DNA of 64,000 nt from an uncultured bacterium (lineage in GTDB: Bacteria > Chloroflexota > UBA5177 > JANWHV01), in contig CAVSOU010000011.1 of assembly GCA_963729625.1 (NCBI GenBank), forward strand, positions 416,001 to 480,000, in the 5' to 3' direction. Shown here piece by piece: positions 38,328-48,645 of this stretch. The notes under the pieces were generated by a model. That model was not told where the DNA came from and did not search any database. It worked only from the letters and a program-made list of their open reading frames with translations. The translations under genes and the position numbers were made by a program. The stretch's first letter is position 1. Every line of letters starts with the position of its first letter.

Positions 38328-38819
38328 TCACCGGTAGTTGATGAATTGAATTGGAACTGGATAGTCCTTCTCGCGCAAAAGCCGTTGAACGCCCTGGAGC
38401 TCGTCCTTACTCTTGCTCACCACGCGGACCGCGTCGCCCTGAATCTGCGACTTGACCTTGGGGAAGTTGTCGCGCAAGAGCTTGGTGATTTGCCTTGCCA
38501 GATCCTGATTCAAACCTTGCTGCAGCGCAGCAGTCAGGCGCACCGTTCCTCCTGATGCTTCCTCAGGATCCGCGAACTTCAGGATCTTCAGCGACAACTT
38601 GCGGCTTACCATCTTTGACTGCAGGATATCCTTTACGGCGTTGAGGGCCATGGTCGACGGCGCCGTAAACTTCAGCTCGGTCTTCTCTATCTCGATCGTG
38701 GCGCCGCTGTCCTTGAGATCGTAGCGAGTGTGAACCTCGCGAAGCGTTTGGTCCACGGCGTTCAGCAACTCCTGGTGGTCGAACTCGGAAACAATATCGA
38801 ACGAAGCCTCGGAAGCCAT
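38328..38819 (-). CDS. yajQ: YajQ family nucleotide/c-di-GMP-binding protein
   Basis: SFDIVSEFD, RYDLKDS, KSQIQGDAVRV..KSKDELQ, QFINYR. Confidence 0.95.
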   Translation of the reverse strand: MASEASFDIVSEFDHQELLNAVDQTLREVHTRYDLKDSGATIEIEKTELKFTAPSTMALNAVKDILQSKMVSRKLSLKILKFADPEEASGGTVRLTAALQQGLNQDLARQITKLLRDNFPKVKSQIQGDAVRVVSKSKDELQGVQRLLREKDYPVPIQFINYR

Positions 38820-38897
38820 CGCACACTCCTTTCCAATATCACTCAGAGTAAACCCTGGCGGATGGCACTGTCGCCCAAACCGCGAAGACGCACAGGC

Positions 38898-39260
38898 TCA
38901 GAGAACGTGGAAGGCAAACAGGGCCACCGTTAAAACAACAAGCACGACCAGCGAGGCTGCGGCGTAGGTCAAAGGTGTAAATGCTGTCCGCGTGCTCACC
39001 TGCGACAATGGACGAGTTGCGACGGCCGCGGGTCGCGCCTCTCGATAAAGAGCTAGGGCCTGGTTGGGATCGACGCCGAGGTAGAGCGCGTAATTGCGAA
39101 TTGCGCCCTTCGTGTACACGTCATCCGGCAGCTCGTCGAGCCGATCTGCTTCGAGAGCCTCGAGGCGAGCCCGATCGATGCGCGTCTCAGCTTCGACCTG
39201 CGTCAGTTTGGTCTTCTTGGCGTTTCGTGCTTCTCGTAGGGTCTCCCCGAGTGTAGGCAA
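38898..39260 (-). CDS. RodZ-like HTH protein with a C-terminal TM helix
   Basis: LGETLREAR, TRI...LEALE, LPDDVYTKGAIRNYALYLGVD. Confidence 0.8.
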   Translation of the reverse strand: MPTLGETLREARNAKKTKLTQVEAETRIDRARLEALEADRLDELPDDVYTKGAIRNYALYLGVDPNQALALYREARPAAVATRPLSQVSTRTAFTPLTYAAASLVVLVVLTVALFAFHVL

Positions 39261-39464
39261 CCATCGAACTCCTTTGTCGCTGTTCCGTGGCGGTGATCAG
39301 CATAGCCAGCGGTGTTCGCGGCGTCAAGATCCGGACTGCAATCGTCTAGCCGTCCAGCCCTTCTTCTTCATCTGGCCATCATCTCTTCTCTGTAGAGTAG
39401 GAAGCAGAGACGGAACAGGCCTCTTCATGCAGTGTGCGGCCAATAGTCACGAAAGTGCATCACG

Positions 39465-40547
39465 ATGACAATAGATACCGAGAGGATCCTCGAGCGGTTG
39501 CCCTCTTTGCTCGGAGTCCGCCGCGATCCGGCGAAGACCTCGTCATATGCCCTCCTCCCGCTGCGCCTGTTCTTCGGCGCTACGTTTGTGTATGCAGGGC
39601 TTCAGAAACTCACGGATCCGCAGTTCTTCAGTCCCACAGCACCAGGCTTCATCGGCCACCAGATGAGCGGGTTTGTTCGCGCCGGATCGCCGATGGCGGG
39701 GCTCCTCAATGCGATCGCGATTCCCCATGCGGCGGAGTTTGGCGCGCTCATCGCCTTCTGTGAGATCTGGGTCGGTTTGTCCGCCCTCGTCGGACTCATG
39801 ACGCGCCTTGGCGCTCTCGGCGGGCTGGCCACCAGCCTCACATTCTACCTGACTGCAACCTGGTCAACGCATCCATACTTCCTGGGTGCCGACCTGCCGT
39901 ACGCCTTAGGCTGGCTGACGTTGGCACTGGCCGGACCTGACGCCCTAACCCTGGACAACTACTTCTTTAGCGTGGCACGGACCCAGGCAATCGAGAGCGC
40001 GCGAGCCCAGCAACGTAAGCGCCAGAAGTCCCTCATCCAGGTGCCAGTTCGAGCCGCTACGGTGCCGAGAATAGCCGCACTGCGCGGGCTAGGAACGGCA
40101 GCGGGACTGATCGTGGGAGGCGGTTTCGTGGGTTTGATTGCCAAGATGCTGACGGCCAACGATGTGCTGGCCAGCGGCGCTCAGGCCCTCCCAGCCACCG
40201 GATCCGCCGCGTCGGCGGGCAGTGGGTCCCTGACCGGCTCGACCCTGCTCGGCAGTGTGAAGTCGTTGGCCGTCAACAGTGCCGCGTCGTACACCGATCC
40301 GCGGTCCGGTGATCCTGCCCTGCTTATCCACCTGCCGGATGGCAAGTTCGTAGCGTATGATGCGGTGTGCACGCACGCAGGCTGCACGGTGCAATACGAC
40401 CCGACTCAGCAGCAAATGGTGTGCCCGTGTCATGGCGCGGCGTTCGACCCCGCGCGCTCCGCGGCCGTGATCAATGGACCCGCACAGCAGCCCCTCTCGG
40501 CGCTGAATGTCACGGTCGACGCTAAAGGCAACGCCTACTCCGCATAG
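39465..40547 (+). CDS. DoxX/TQO DoxD-like membrane domain fused to a Rieske [2Fe-2S] domain
   Basis: LLPLRLFFGATFVYAGLQKL, EIWVGL..LVGLMTRLGA; CTHAGC and CPCHG Rieske boxes. Confidence 0.88.
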   Translation: MTIDTERILERLPSLLGVRRDPAKTSSYALLPLRLFFGATFVYAGLQKLTDPQFFSPTAPGFIGHQMSGFVRAGSPMAGLLNAIAIPHAAEFGALIAFCEIWVGLSALVGLMTRLGALGGLATSLTFYLTATWSTHPYFLGADLPYALGWLTLALAGPDALTLDNYFFSVARTQAIESARAQQRKRQKSLIQVPVRAATVPRIAALRGLGTAAGLIVGGGFVGLIAKMLTANDVLASGAQALPATGSAASAGSGSLTGSTLLGSVKSLAVNSAASYTDPRSGDPALLIHLPDGKFVAYDAVCTHAGCTVQYDPTQQQMVCPCHGAAFDPARSAAVINGPAQQPLSALNVTVDAKGNAYSA

Positions 40548-40585
40548 GTTCGCGGTTGGTTCTCCCTACGACTGCACGTTACGCG

Positions 40586-40616
40586 AGGGCGCCTGAGGGG
40601 CGCCCTTCTCTATTCT
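40586..40616 (+). terminator. Putative intrinsic terminator
   Basis: agggcgcc-tgagg-ggcgccct hairpin followed by a pyrimidine tract. Confidence 0.45.
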
Positions 40617-40735
40617 CCAGACGGTTACCTGGAATGGCATAATGTCGCCAACCCGATAGACTTTCTGTTATATTGAGCCGGGTGGTGAAGAACTGGTGCG
40701 GCTCTGCCCTGCTCACGCCGACAACACCAGCCTGA

Positions 40736-42100
<1,365 letters not shown>

Positions 42101-42128
42101 CCTCGTTAGTAGCCAGCCGACATGCATG

Positions 42129-42168
42129 GGTAGGCTGCCCTGATACCGCGGCATCGCGGCAGCCTACC
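42129..42168. terminator. Inverted repeat between the convergent metY and gdh genes
   Basis: ggtaggctgcc ... ggcagcctacc, a perfect 11-bp inverted repeat. Confidence 0.55.
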
Positions 42169-42324
42169 GATCGATGGTTGACAGGGCAGTCGCGTATAGG
42201 GCAGCCGACAGCGTTCGAAGCAGACCGCGCTACCCAGGCGCCTCCATTGAAATCACGGCCCGGGCGCACCCACCGCAGTGGGTCGCCGCCGCCATGACAT
42301 CGCTATGTCAGGCTTGGAACGCAG

Positions 42325-43581
42325 TTACGGGTAGATGCCGCGTGCCTCCAGTGCCTGCACAACGCGAGCAACGGCGAGAACATAGGCGCCCATACGCATG
42401 TCCGTACCTGCCTCGGTCGCCTTGGCCAGTACCTCGGCAAACGCCCGCACCATCACGGTCTGCAGCTTTGCGTTGACCTCGTCCTCCTTCCAGAGGAAGG
42501 ACTGCAGACCCTGCACCCATTCGAAATACGACACCGTCACGCCACCGGCATTGGCCAGAATATCGGGGATCAGGAAAATGCCTTTCTCCCTGAGGATGCG
42601 ATCGGCCTCGGGCGTGGTCGGGCCGTTGGCACCTTCCGTCACGATCCTCGCCCGCAATTTGCCTGCGTTGTCCACGGTGATCTGGTTCTCAAGCGCTGCC
42701 GGTACCAAGACCGTACATGGTAGTGTCAGCAACTCGTCGTTCGAGACACGATCGACAGCAGGCATATTCGTTATTGTGCGGTCTTCGGCCATGTGGGCAG
42801 CGGCCACCGAAAGGTCAATGCCGTTGGGATTGTAGACACCGCCGCGTACGTCACTGATCGCTACGATCTTGCAGCCTGCATCCGCAAGGCACCGTGCCGC
42901 ATGCGACCCTACATTGCCAAAGCCTTGAATGACAACGGTGGTATCCTCGGGCGCAATGCCGACATGGCGCAGCGCTTCCTTCGTCACCAGCATCACACCT
43001 CGGCCGGTCGCCTCGCTGCGGCCCTCGGAACCACCGATCGACAGCGGCTTCCCGGTCACCACTCCGGGCACAGCGTAGCCTGTCTGCATGCTGATGGTGT
43101 CCATCACCCAACCCATCACCTGCGAATTCGTGTTGACGTCGGGCGCGGGGATGTCCATTTGCGGGCCGATGATCACGGAGATTTCCGTGGTGAAGCGTCT
43201 GGTAAGGCGCTCGAGCTCCCGCACACTCAGACTCTGCGGCGTACAGACGACACCGCCCTTCGCACCGCCGAAAGGGATATCTACGACCGCGCATTTCCAT
43301 GTCATCCACATGGACAGGGCCTTCACCTCGTCGAGAGTGACGTCGGCGTGAAAGCGGATGCCTCCCTTGGCAGGTCCGCGAGAGGTATCGTGCTGTACCC
43401 GGTAGCCGGTGAACACGCGAATCGTGCCGTCGTCCATATGCACAGGAAAGTGGACGGTCAGCTCGCGGTGACAATCACCTAGTATCTGCCTGTATCCGTC
43501 GTCGAGGTGGAGCAAGTCCGCTGCGGTGTGAAACTGCTCCTGCGCGATGCCAAATGGATTAGGCTTCTCTGTCTGCATCAT
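42325..43581 (-). CDS. gdhA: Glu/Leu/Phe/Val dehydrogenase (glutamate dehydrogenase)
   Basis: RGPAKGGIRF, GGAKGG, DIPAPDVNT, QGFGNVG, EGANGPTT, NAGGVTVSYFEW. Confidence 0.93.
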   Translation of the reverse strand: MMQTEKPNPFGIAQEQFHTAADLLHLDDGYRQILGDCHRELTVHFPVHMDDGTIRVFTGYRVQHDTSRGPAKGGIRFHADVTLDEVKALSMWMTWKCAVVDIPFGGAKGGVVCTPQSLSVRELERLTRRFTTEISVIIGPQMDIPAPDVNTNSQVMGWVMDTISMQTGYAVPGVVTGKPLSIGGSEGRSEATGRGVMLVTKEALRHVGIAPEDTTVVIQGFGNVGSHAARCLADAGCKIVAISDVRGGVYNPNGIDLSVAAAHMAEDRTITNMPAVDRVSNDELLTLPCTVLVPAALENQITVDNAGKLRARIVTEGANGPTTPEADRILREKGIFLIPDILANAGGVTVSYFEWVQGLQSFLWKEDEVNAKLQTVMVRAFAEVLAKATEAGTDMRMGAYVLAVARVVQALEARGIYP

Positions 43582-43789
43582 GTTCCGCACACACATTGCA
43601 TACCCAGGCAACAGCTACCCCTTCGCAGCCTGCTACTGCATGCAACGACTCCTTACAATCAGATTATCCTCGGCGTCGTCGATTCTGGCTACGGCCAACC
43701 GCCCGGCCTGGCACGTTGTGCCTGGGAATGTCGAGTCGAGGCGGCAATGTGGTGGTTCTGGCTCGGGCCAGGAGGAGGATCAGCGTGGG

Positions 43790-44116
43790 GTGTTGCAGGC
43801 ATTTGATCTCACCGGCAACGTCGCGGCTACAATCGGGGGCAACATGGGACTCGGCGAAGCATTCGCACATGCTCTGACGGAGGCCGCCACGATCGTGGCC
43901 GTTGCCGCACGGACTCGCGGCAGGAGTGAGTCCATCGTGCATGACATCGAGGAGGCCGGTGGGAACGCGGCAGCGTTTGTTGTGGGCGAAACGAAGCCCC
44001 CAGTAGTGCGCAAGTCCGCCTGCCTGCATACTCATAGTAAGTACGCCCTCACGGATGCAGGTCACCCTTCGCCGAGTGGCCTTTGGGAGCTCGTGGAAAC
44101 TTGCAGGCAGAATTGA
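43790..44116 (+). pseudogene. Truncated short-chain dehydrogenase (N-terminal Rossmann fragment)
   Basis: GGAGGAGG SD; FDLTGNVAATIGGNMGLGEAFAHAL..A..IVAVAAR...IEEAGGNAAAF, after which similarity is lost; no YxxxK. Confidence 0.65.
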
Positions 44117-44123
44117 CGGTCCG

Positions 44124-46178
44124 ATGAGCGACGAAGCTGCAACCGTCGAGACATCTCGAAGCCGCTATCCGGCGGCTGTGGAAGAAACGCTGGCCAAGCT
44201 GCCGGCTTCGCCAGGCTGCTACCTGTTTCGCGATGAACAGGGCACGGTCCTGTACGTGGGCAAGGCACGCTCGCTGCGGGACCGCGTGCGCTCGTACTTC
44301 CGGGCGCCGAATGGTTTGAGCCTGAAGAACTCGCACCTCGTGCCACGCATCGCCGAGATCGACTACCAGATCTTGCCCAGCGAAAACGCGGCACTTCTGG
44401 TGGAGTTCAATCTTATCAAACAGTACCGGCCCAAGTACAACATCATCATGCGGGATGACAAGAGCTTTCTTTCCATCCGCATTACAAACGAGCCGTACCC
44501 CAGGATCGAGGCGGTACGGCATCGGTCGGACGATGGCTCGCGTTACTTTGGCCCCTATACGAGCGCCCAAGCCGTGCACACGACACTCGACTTGCTCAAG
44601 CGCCTGTTCCCCTATCGCTCTTGCCGGCTGAATATACAGCCACCCCAGGATGGGCCGGAGCTGGCGAGTGCGGCGCCATCGCGGCAGGACCCCATCCCGC
44701 GGCGTGGCCGCCGGCGCGGAGTAAGCCAGGAGAATGGGCCACCCCAAATACGCGCGCTGACCATCGCAAGTCCGCAGAACCGAGCGTGCCTCGAGTACCA
44801 TATTCATCGCTGCGCGGCGCCCTGCATCGATGCCGTGAGCCGCGAGGAGTACTCGAGGATCGTCGGCCAGGCCGAGCTATTCCTTCAGGGGAAGAGCGAG
44901 CAGGTGGCCGCTCAGCTCAAGCAGTCCATGAATGAGGCCGCGGAGGCGCTGGACTTCGAGCGAGCAGCTCGTGTGCGCGACCAGATTGGAGCCGTCCAGC
45001 GAGTGGCAGAGCGCCAGCGCGTTACCGTACTCGACGGCCACGACCAGGATATCGTCGGGATGGCACGTGCGGAGGACGAGGCATGCGTCGAGCTGATTGC
45101 CGTACGTGAAGGCCGAATGCTGGGCCACAAACAGTTCGTGATGCAAGGGACGGCTGAGCAGGAGGATGGTGCGGTTCTCGCCGCGTTCATCGGTCAATAC
45201 TACCTCTCTGCAACGGATCTGCCCGAAGAGCTGTTGTTGCCGGCGGAGCCCGACGACCTCGATCAGCTCTCCGCGCTCCTGACCTCTCAGCGAGGTCGAA
45301 GAGTCACGGTGACCGTGCCTCGACGGGGCGACAAGTTCGATCTTGTATCCGTTGCGCAGGACAACGCGCGAAAGGCCGCCGAGGACCGGAGGCTCAAGGC
45401 GCTCACCGACGCGCGAAAGGCGTTGCAGGCCCTGGACGAATTGCAGGAAGCGCTCTCTCTGCCGCGATTGCCGATGCGAATCGAGTGCTATGATGTTTCA
45501 AACATTCAGGGTACGTCGACCGTCGGCTCAATGGTCGTCTTCGAGAATGGAAAGCCCAAGAGTGCTGCGTACCGGCGATTTCGCATCAAGGCGGTGGAAG
45601 GCTCCGACGACTTCTCGAGCCTTGCTGAGATGCTGCGGAGGCGGCTCAAGCGAGCCGAAAGAGCTGACCCTGCGGTGGCCGATGGCGGAGACCACGCGAT
45701 GACCGCCGCTAACACGCCCGCTGTTGGGGATGATGAGTGGGTTGTCAGACCTGACCTGGTGATCATCGACGGCGGAAAGGGGCAGCTCAACGCGGTGCTT
45801 GGCGTGTTCGACGAGTTGGGCATTCAAGGTCAGTCCGTTGTCGGCCTGGCGAAGCAGCGAGAGGAGCTCTTCTTGCCCGGTCGTCCGGATCCCATCCTTC
45901 TGTCGCCGTCGTCGCAGGCGTTGTTCCTGGTACAGCGAGTGCGAGACGAGGCGCATCGGTTTGCGATAACCTACCACCGCGCGGTACGTGGCAAGCGGAG
46001 CCTCGAATCCAGCCTCGATAGCGTCCCAGGAGTCGGGCCTCGAAGGAAGCGGGATCTGATTCGCCATTTCGGAAGCGTCAGAGCGTTGCGGTCGGCGCGG
46101 GTCGATGAAATCGCGCGGCTGCCCGGCATCGGTCCGAAGACGGCGTTGGCAATCAAGGAGTATCTCGGCGAAACATAA
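44124..46178 (+). CDS. uvrC: Excinuclease ABC subunit C
   Basis: PGCYLF, LYVGKARSLRDRVRSYF, RIECYDVSN, IIDGGKGQL, RDEAHRFAI, HhH motifs. Confidence 0.97.
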   Translation: MSDEAATVETSRSRYPAAVEETLAKLPASPGCYLFRDEQGTVLYVGKARSLRDRVRSYFRAPNGLSLKNSHLVPRIAEIDYQILPSENAALLVEFNLIKQYRPKYNIIMRDDKSFLSIRITNEPYPRIEAVRHRSDDGSRYFGPYTSAQAVHTTLDLLKRLFPYRSCRLNIQPPQDGPELASAAPSRQDPIPRRGRRRGVSQENGPPQIRALTIASPQNRACLEYHIHRCAAPCIDAVSREEYSRIVGQAELFLQGKSEQVAAQLKQSMNEAAEALDFERAARVRDQIGAVQRVAERQRVTVLDGHDQDIVGMARAEDEACVELIAVREGRMLGHKQFVMQGTAEQEDGAVLAAFIGQYYLSATDLPEELLLPAEPDDLDQLSALLTSQRGRRVTVTVPRRGDKFDLVSVAQDNARKAAEDRRLKALTDARKALQALDELQEALSLPRLPMRIECYDVSNIQGTSTVGSMVVFENGKPKSAAYRRFRIKAVEGSDDFSSLAEMLRRRLKRAERADPAVADGGDHAMTAANTPAVGDDEWVVRPDLVIIDGGKGQLNAVLGVFDELGIQGQSVVGLAKQREELFLPGRPDPILLSPSSQALFLVQRVRDEAHRFAITYHRAVRGKRSLESSLDSVPGVGPRRKRDLIRHFGSVRALRSARVDEIARLPGIGPKTALAIKEYLGET

Positions 46179-46191
46179 GGAGGTGTGCACG

Positions 46192-46887
46192 ATGCGCGTC
46201 CTGGTGATCGAGGATGAGCACAAGATCAACCGTACAGTCTGCCAGGCGCTCCGCGAAGAAGCATATGCCGTGGACGCAGCCTTTGACGGCGAACAGGGCG
46301 AAGAGATGGCCCTCGTCAACACCTACGATCTGATCGTGCTCGATCTCATGCTGCCGAAGAAGAACGGCCTGGCGCTGTGCAAGGGGCTTCGCGAACAGGG
46401 CGTGACCACGCCGATCCTGATGCTGACGGCGCGAGATTCGCTCGAAGATCGCGTGCAGGGACTCGACAGTGGTGCCGACGACTACGTGGTCAAGCCGTTC
46501 TTCATGGACGAGTTGCTGGCTCGCGCCCGCGCACTGTTGCGTCGCGACACTACGGCGAAGACTTCGAAGCTGCAGCTCGCCGATTTGCTCGTCGACACAA
46601 GCTCGCACCGCGTCTGGAGAGCCAGCATCCCCATCGAGCTCACAAGCAAAGAATATGCGATGCTCGAGTATTTCATTCGCAATCCGGATCAGGTCTTGAC
46701 GCGCACAATGATCAGCGAGCACGTGTGGGACGATGAGTTCGATAGCCTCTCGAATATCATCGACGTCTACATTCGACGCCTCCGGCGAAAAGTCGACGAA
46801 GGACATCAGCCACGCCTACTCCATACAATCCGAGGCAGTGGCTACCTCCTCGGCATCTTGCCTGACGACGAGGACGGAAGCAGCTAG
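46192..46887 (+). CDS. OmpR/PhoB family response regulator
   Basis: VLVIEDE, LDLMLP, LMLTARD, GADDYVVKPF, IDVYIRRLRRK, TIRGSGY; AAGGAGG SD. Confidence 0.95.
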   Translation: MRVLVIEDEHKINRTVCQALREEAYAVDAAFDGEQGEEMALVNTYDLIVLDLMLPKKNGLALCKGLREQGVTTPILMLTARDSLEDRVQGLDSGADDYVVKPFFMDELLARARALLRRDTTAKTSKLQLADLLVDTSSHRVWRASIPIELTSKEYAMLEYFIRNPDQVLTRTMISEHVWDDEFDSLSNIIDVYIRRLRRKVDEGHQPRLLHTIRGSGYLLGILPDDEDGSS

Positions 46888-46999
46888 ACGCTGGCACGGA
46901 GCAGCCAAGAACGCACCAGAGAACTGGTGGATTGCTCGAAACGCAACGCGGACATAGTATAGGCGCTGTGAAGCACTGCGACTGCCCGTCAAGCATGTC

Positions 47000-48409
47000 A
47001 TGGTCCCGCCGTCCAGGTGCGCCATGAGCGGTCCTGGTATGTCGGCTCTTGCTCATGCCGGCGCGCCGCTGGCGCGATTCGTGGACCGCCTCGCGGCATC
47101 GCGAACCCTGGCGCTGGCAGTGCTTGCGCTCTTGGCGCTGACGCCGCGACTGGTATGCGCGGACGGCGGCACGTTCGCCTGGGATCTCTGGGCGTTCAGC
47201 TGGTGGAGCAGCACGTTGGCCTCGACCGATCTCCACACGTTCTACCACGCGACCGGTACTGACTATCTACCAGGCTATCTGTATATCCTCTGGGGGCTGG
47301 GTAAGCTCGCCCCCGCGCTCCAGCATCTCCCCGATGGCGTGGCCACCTGGCTGCTGCGGGACCGCGTGCTCTACAAACTGCCGGCAATTCTCGCTGATGT
47401 GGCTACCGTCGCGACTATTTACCTTGCAGGCCGCCGCTGGGGCAAAGCGCGGCTGGCCTTGCTCGCCGCTGCGATCTATGCGGTTATTCCAGGCGTGATA
47501 GGCAATTCTGCCCGCTGGGGGCAGATGGACAGTATCCCAGCCTGCCTGCTGTTGCTCGCGATTGTCTTCTGCATTGAGGGACGTGTCATGCCCTGCGCAA
47601 TACTGCTCACGTTGTCGGCCATTACCAAGCCGACCGCGTTGGTATTGATGCCGCTCATCATCACGGTGCTTGTCTGCCGCCGTCGTGTCTCCGGCCTGCT
47701 GCAGTTCGGTGCTGCTTCGCTGATTGCCGGAACGATAGCCTTCATGCCATTCGTGCCGGCCGGCAGCAACGTAGTGAGATTTGCGTGGTTCGGTTATCAA
47801 AACACGTCGGGCCGCTATCCAGTTCTGAGCTTGCGCGCCTTCAACTTCTGGATGGCGTACTGCTCGCTGGTATCCGGAGTCGGCCCCGATCGTTCCGCGT
47901 CCGCGACGATGCTCGGCCTGGCGTATGTCGTCTGGGGCTGGGTGCTCTGTGGCGCGGTTATCCTGCTCGCGTGTGTAATGGTGGCCGGCTACCTATCGCG
48001 TACCTCTCGCGACGACTTGATACCAATGCTTCCGGCTGCCAGTATTGTGACACTCGGTTTCTTCTTGTTTCTGACGTCTATTCACGAACGGCACATGTTG
48101 CCGGCATTGCCGCTTCTGGCACTCACCTCGGCGATTCTGCCGCGATTCTGGATTCCGTTTCTCTGGTTTGCCGTTGCCTATACACTGAACGTCCACTTTG
48201 TGGATTCAGCCATGTTTCCGATGCCAGAACCGGTGCTCGGCTCTCAGGAGCTGGCGCTTGGCTCGTATCTTAATCTCGTCGTCTTCGCGCTCACCGTCAT
48301 GTCTTTCGCCTACGCTATTCGTGCTCCCAAGACGCAGTGGCGAGACGCCGGCCTCGGACCGAACAGCCCAGCACGCGAGCCCGTCCTGCATGCCAACGTT
48401 CCGCCGTAG
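47000..48409 (+). CDS. GT-C fold membrane glycosyltransferase (mannosyltransferase-like)
   Basis: DYLPGYLYIL, KLPAILAD, NSARWGQMDSI, IHERH; many TM helices. Confidence 0.75.
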   Translation: MVPPSRCAMSGPGMSALAHAGAPLARFVDRLAASRTLALAVLALLALTPRLVCADGGTFAWDLWAFSWWSSTLASTDLHTFYHATGTDYLPGYLYILWGLGKLAPALQHLPDGVATWLLRDRVLYKLPAILADVATVATIYLAGRRWGKARLALLAAAIYAVIPGVIGNSARWGQMDSIPACLLLLAIVFCIEGRVMPCAILLTLSAITKPTALVLMPLIITVLVCRRRVSGLLQFGAASLIAGTIAFMPFVPAGSNVVRFAWFGYQNTSGRYPVLSLRAFNFWMAYCSLVSGVGPDRSASATMLGLAYVVWGWVLCGAVILLACVMVAGYLSRTSRDDLIPMLPAASIVTLGFFLFLTSIHERHMLPALPLLALTSAILPRFWIPFLWFAVAYTLNVHFVDSAMFPMPEPVLGSQELALGSYLNLVVFALTVMSFAYAIRAPKTQWRDAGLGPNSPAREPVLHANVPP

Positions 48410-48645
48410 CCCCGGCAGGTACGGGGCCGATACGACCCTGGGTTCGCTCGCCTGCGCCATCGTTCTCCTGTCAACCCACCCCAGTTGCGCCTGAAGAGCT
48501 TCGCCGACGCAACGTGGAGAGAGCCTTTGGCACGGCCGCGAGCAAACCGTTTCGGGTTCACGACGACGTTGGCGCGTGCCGGATCGCGTGCTACAATTCG
48601 CTTTGCCCATTGCCTGGCATCCCGTGGCTGCGTGCCTGGAGAGCT

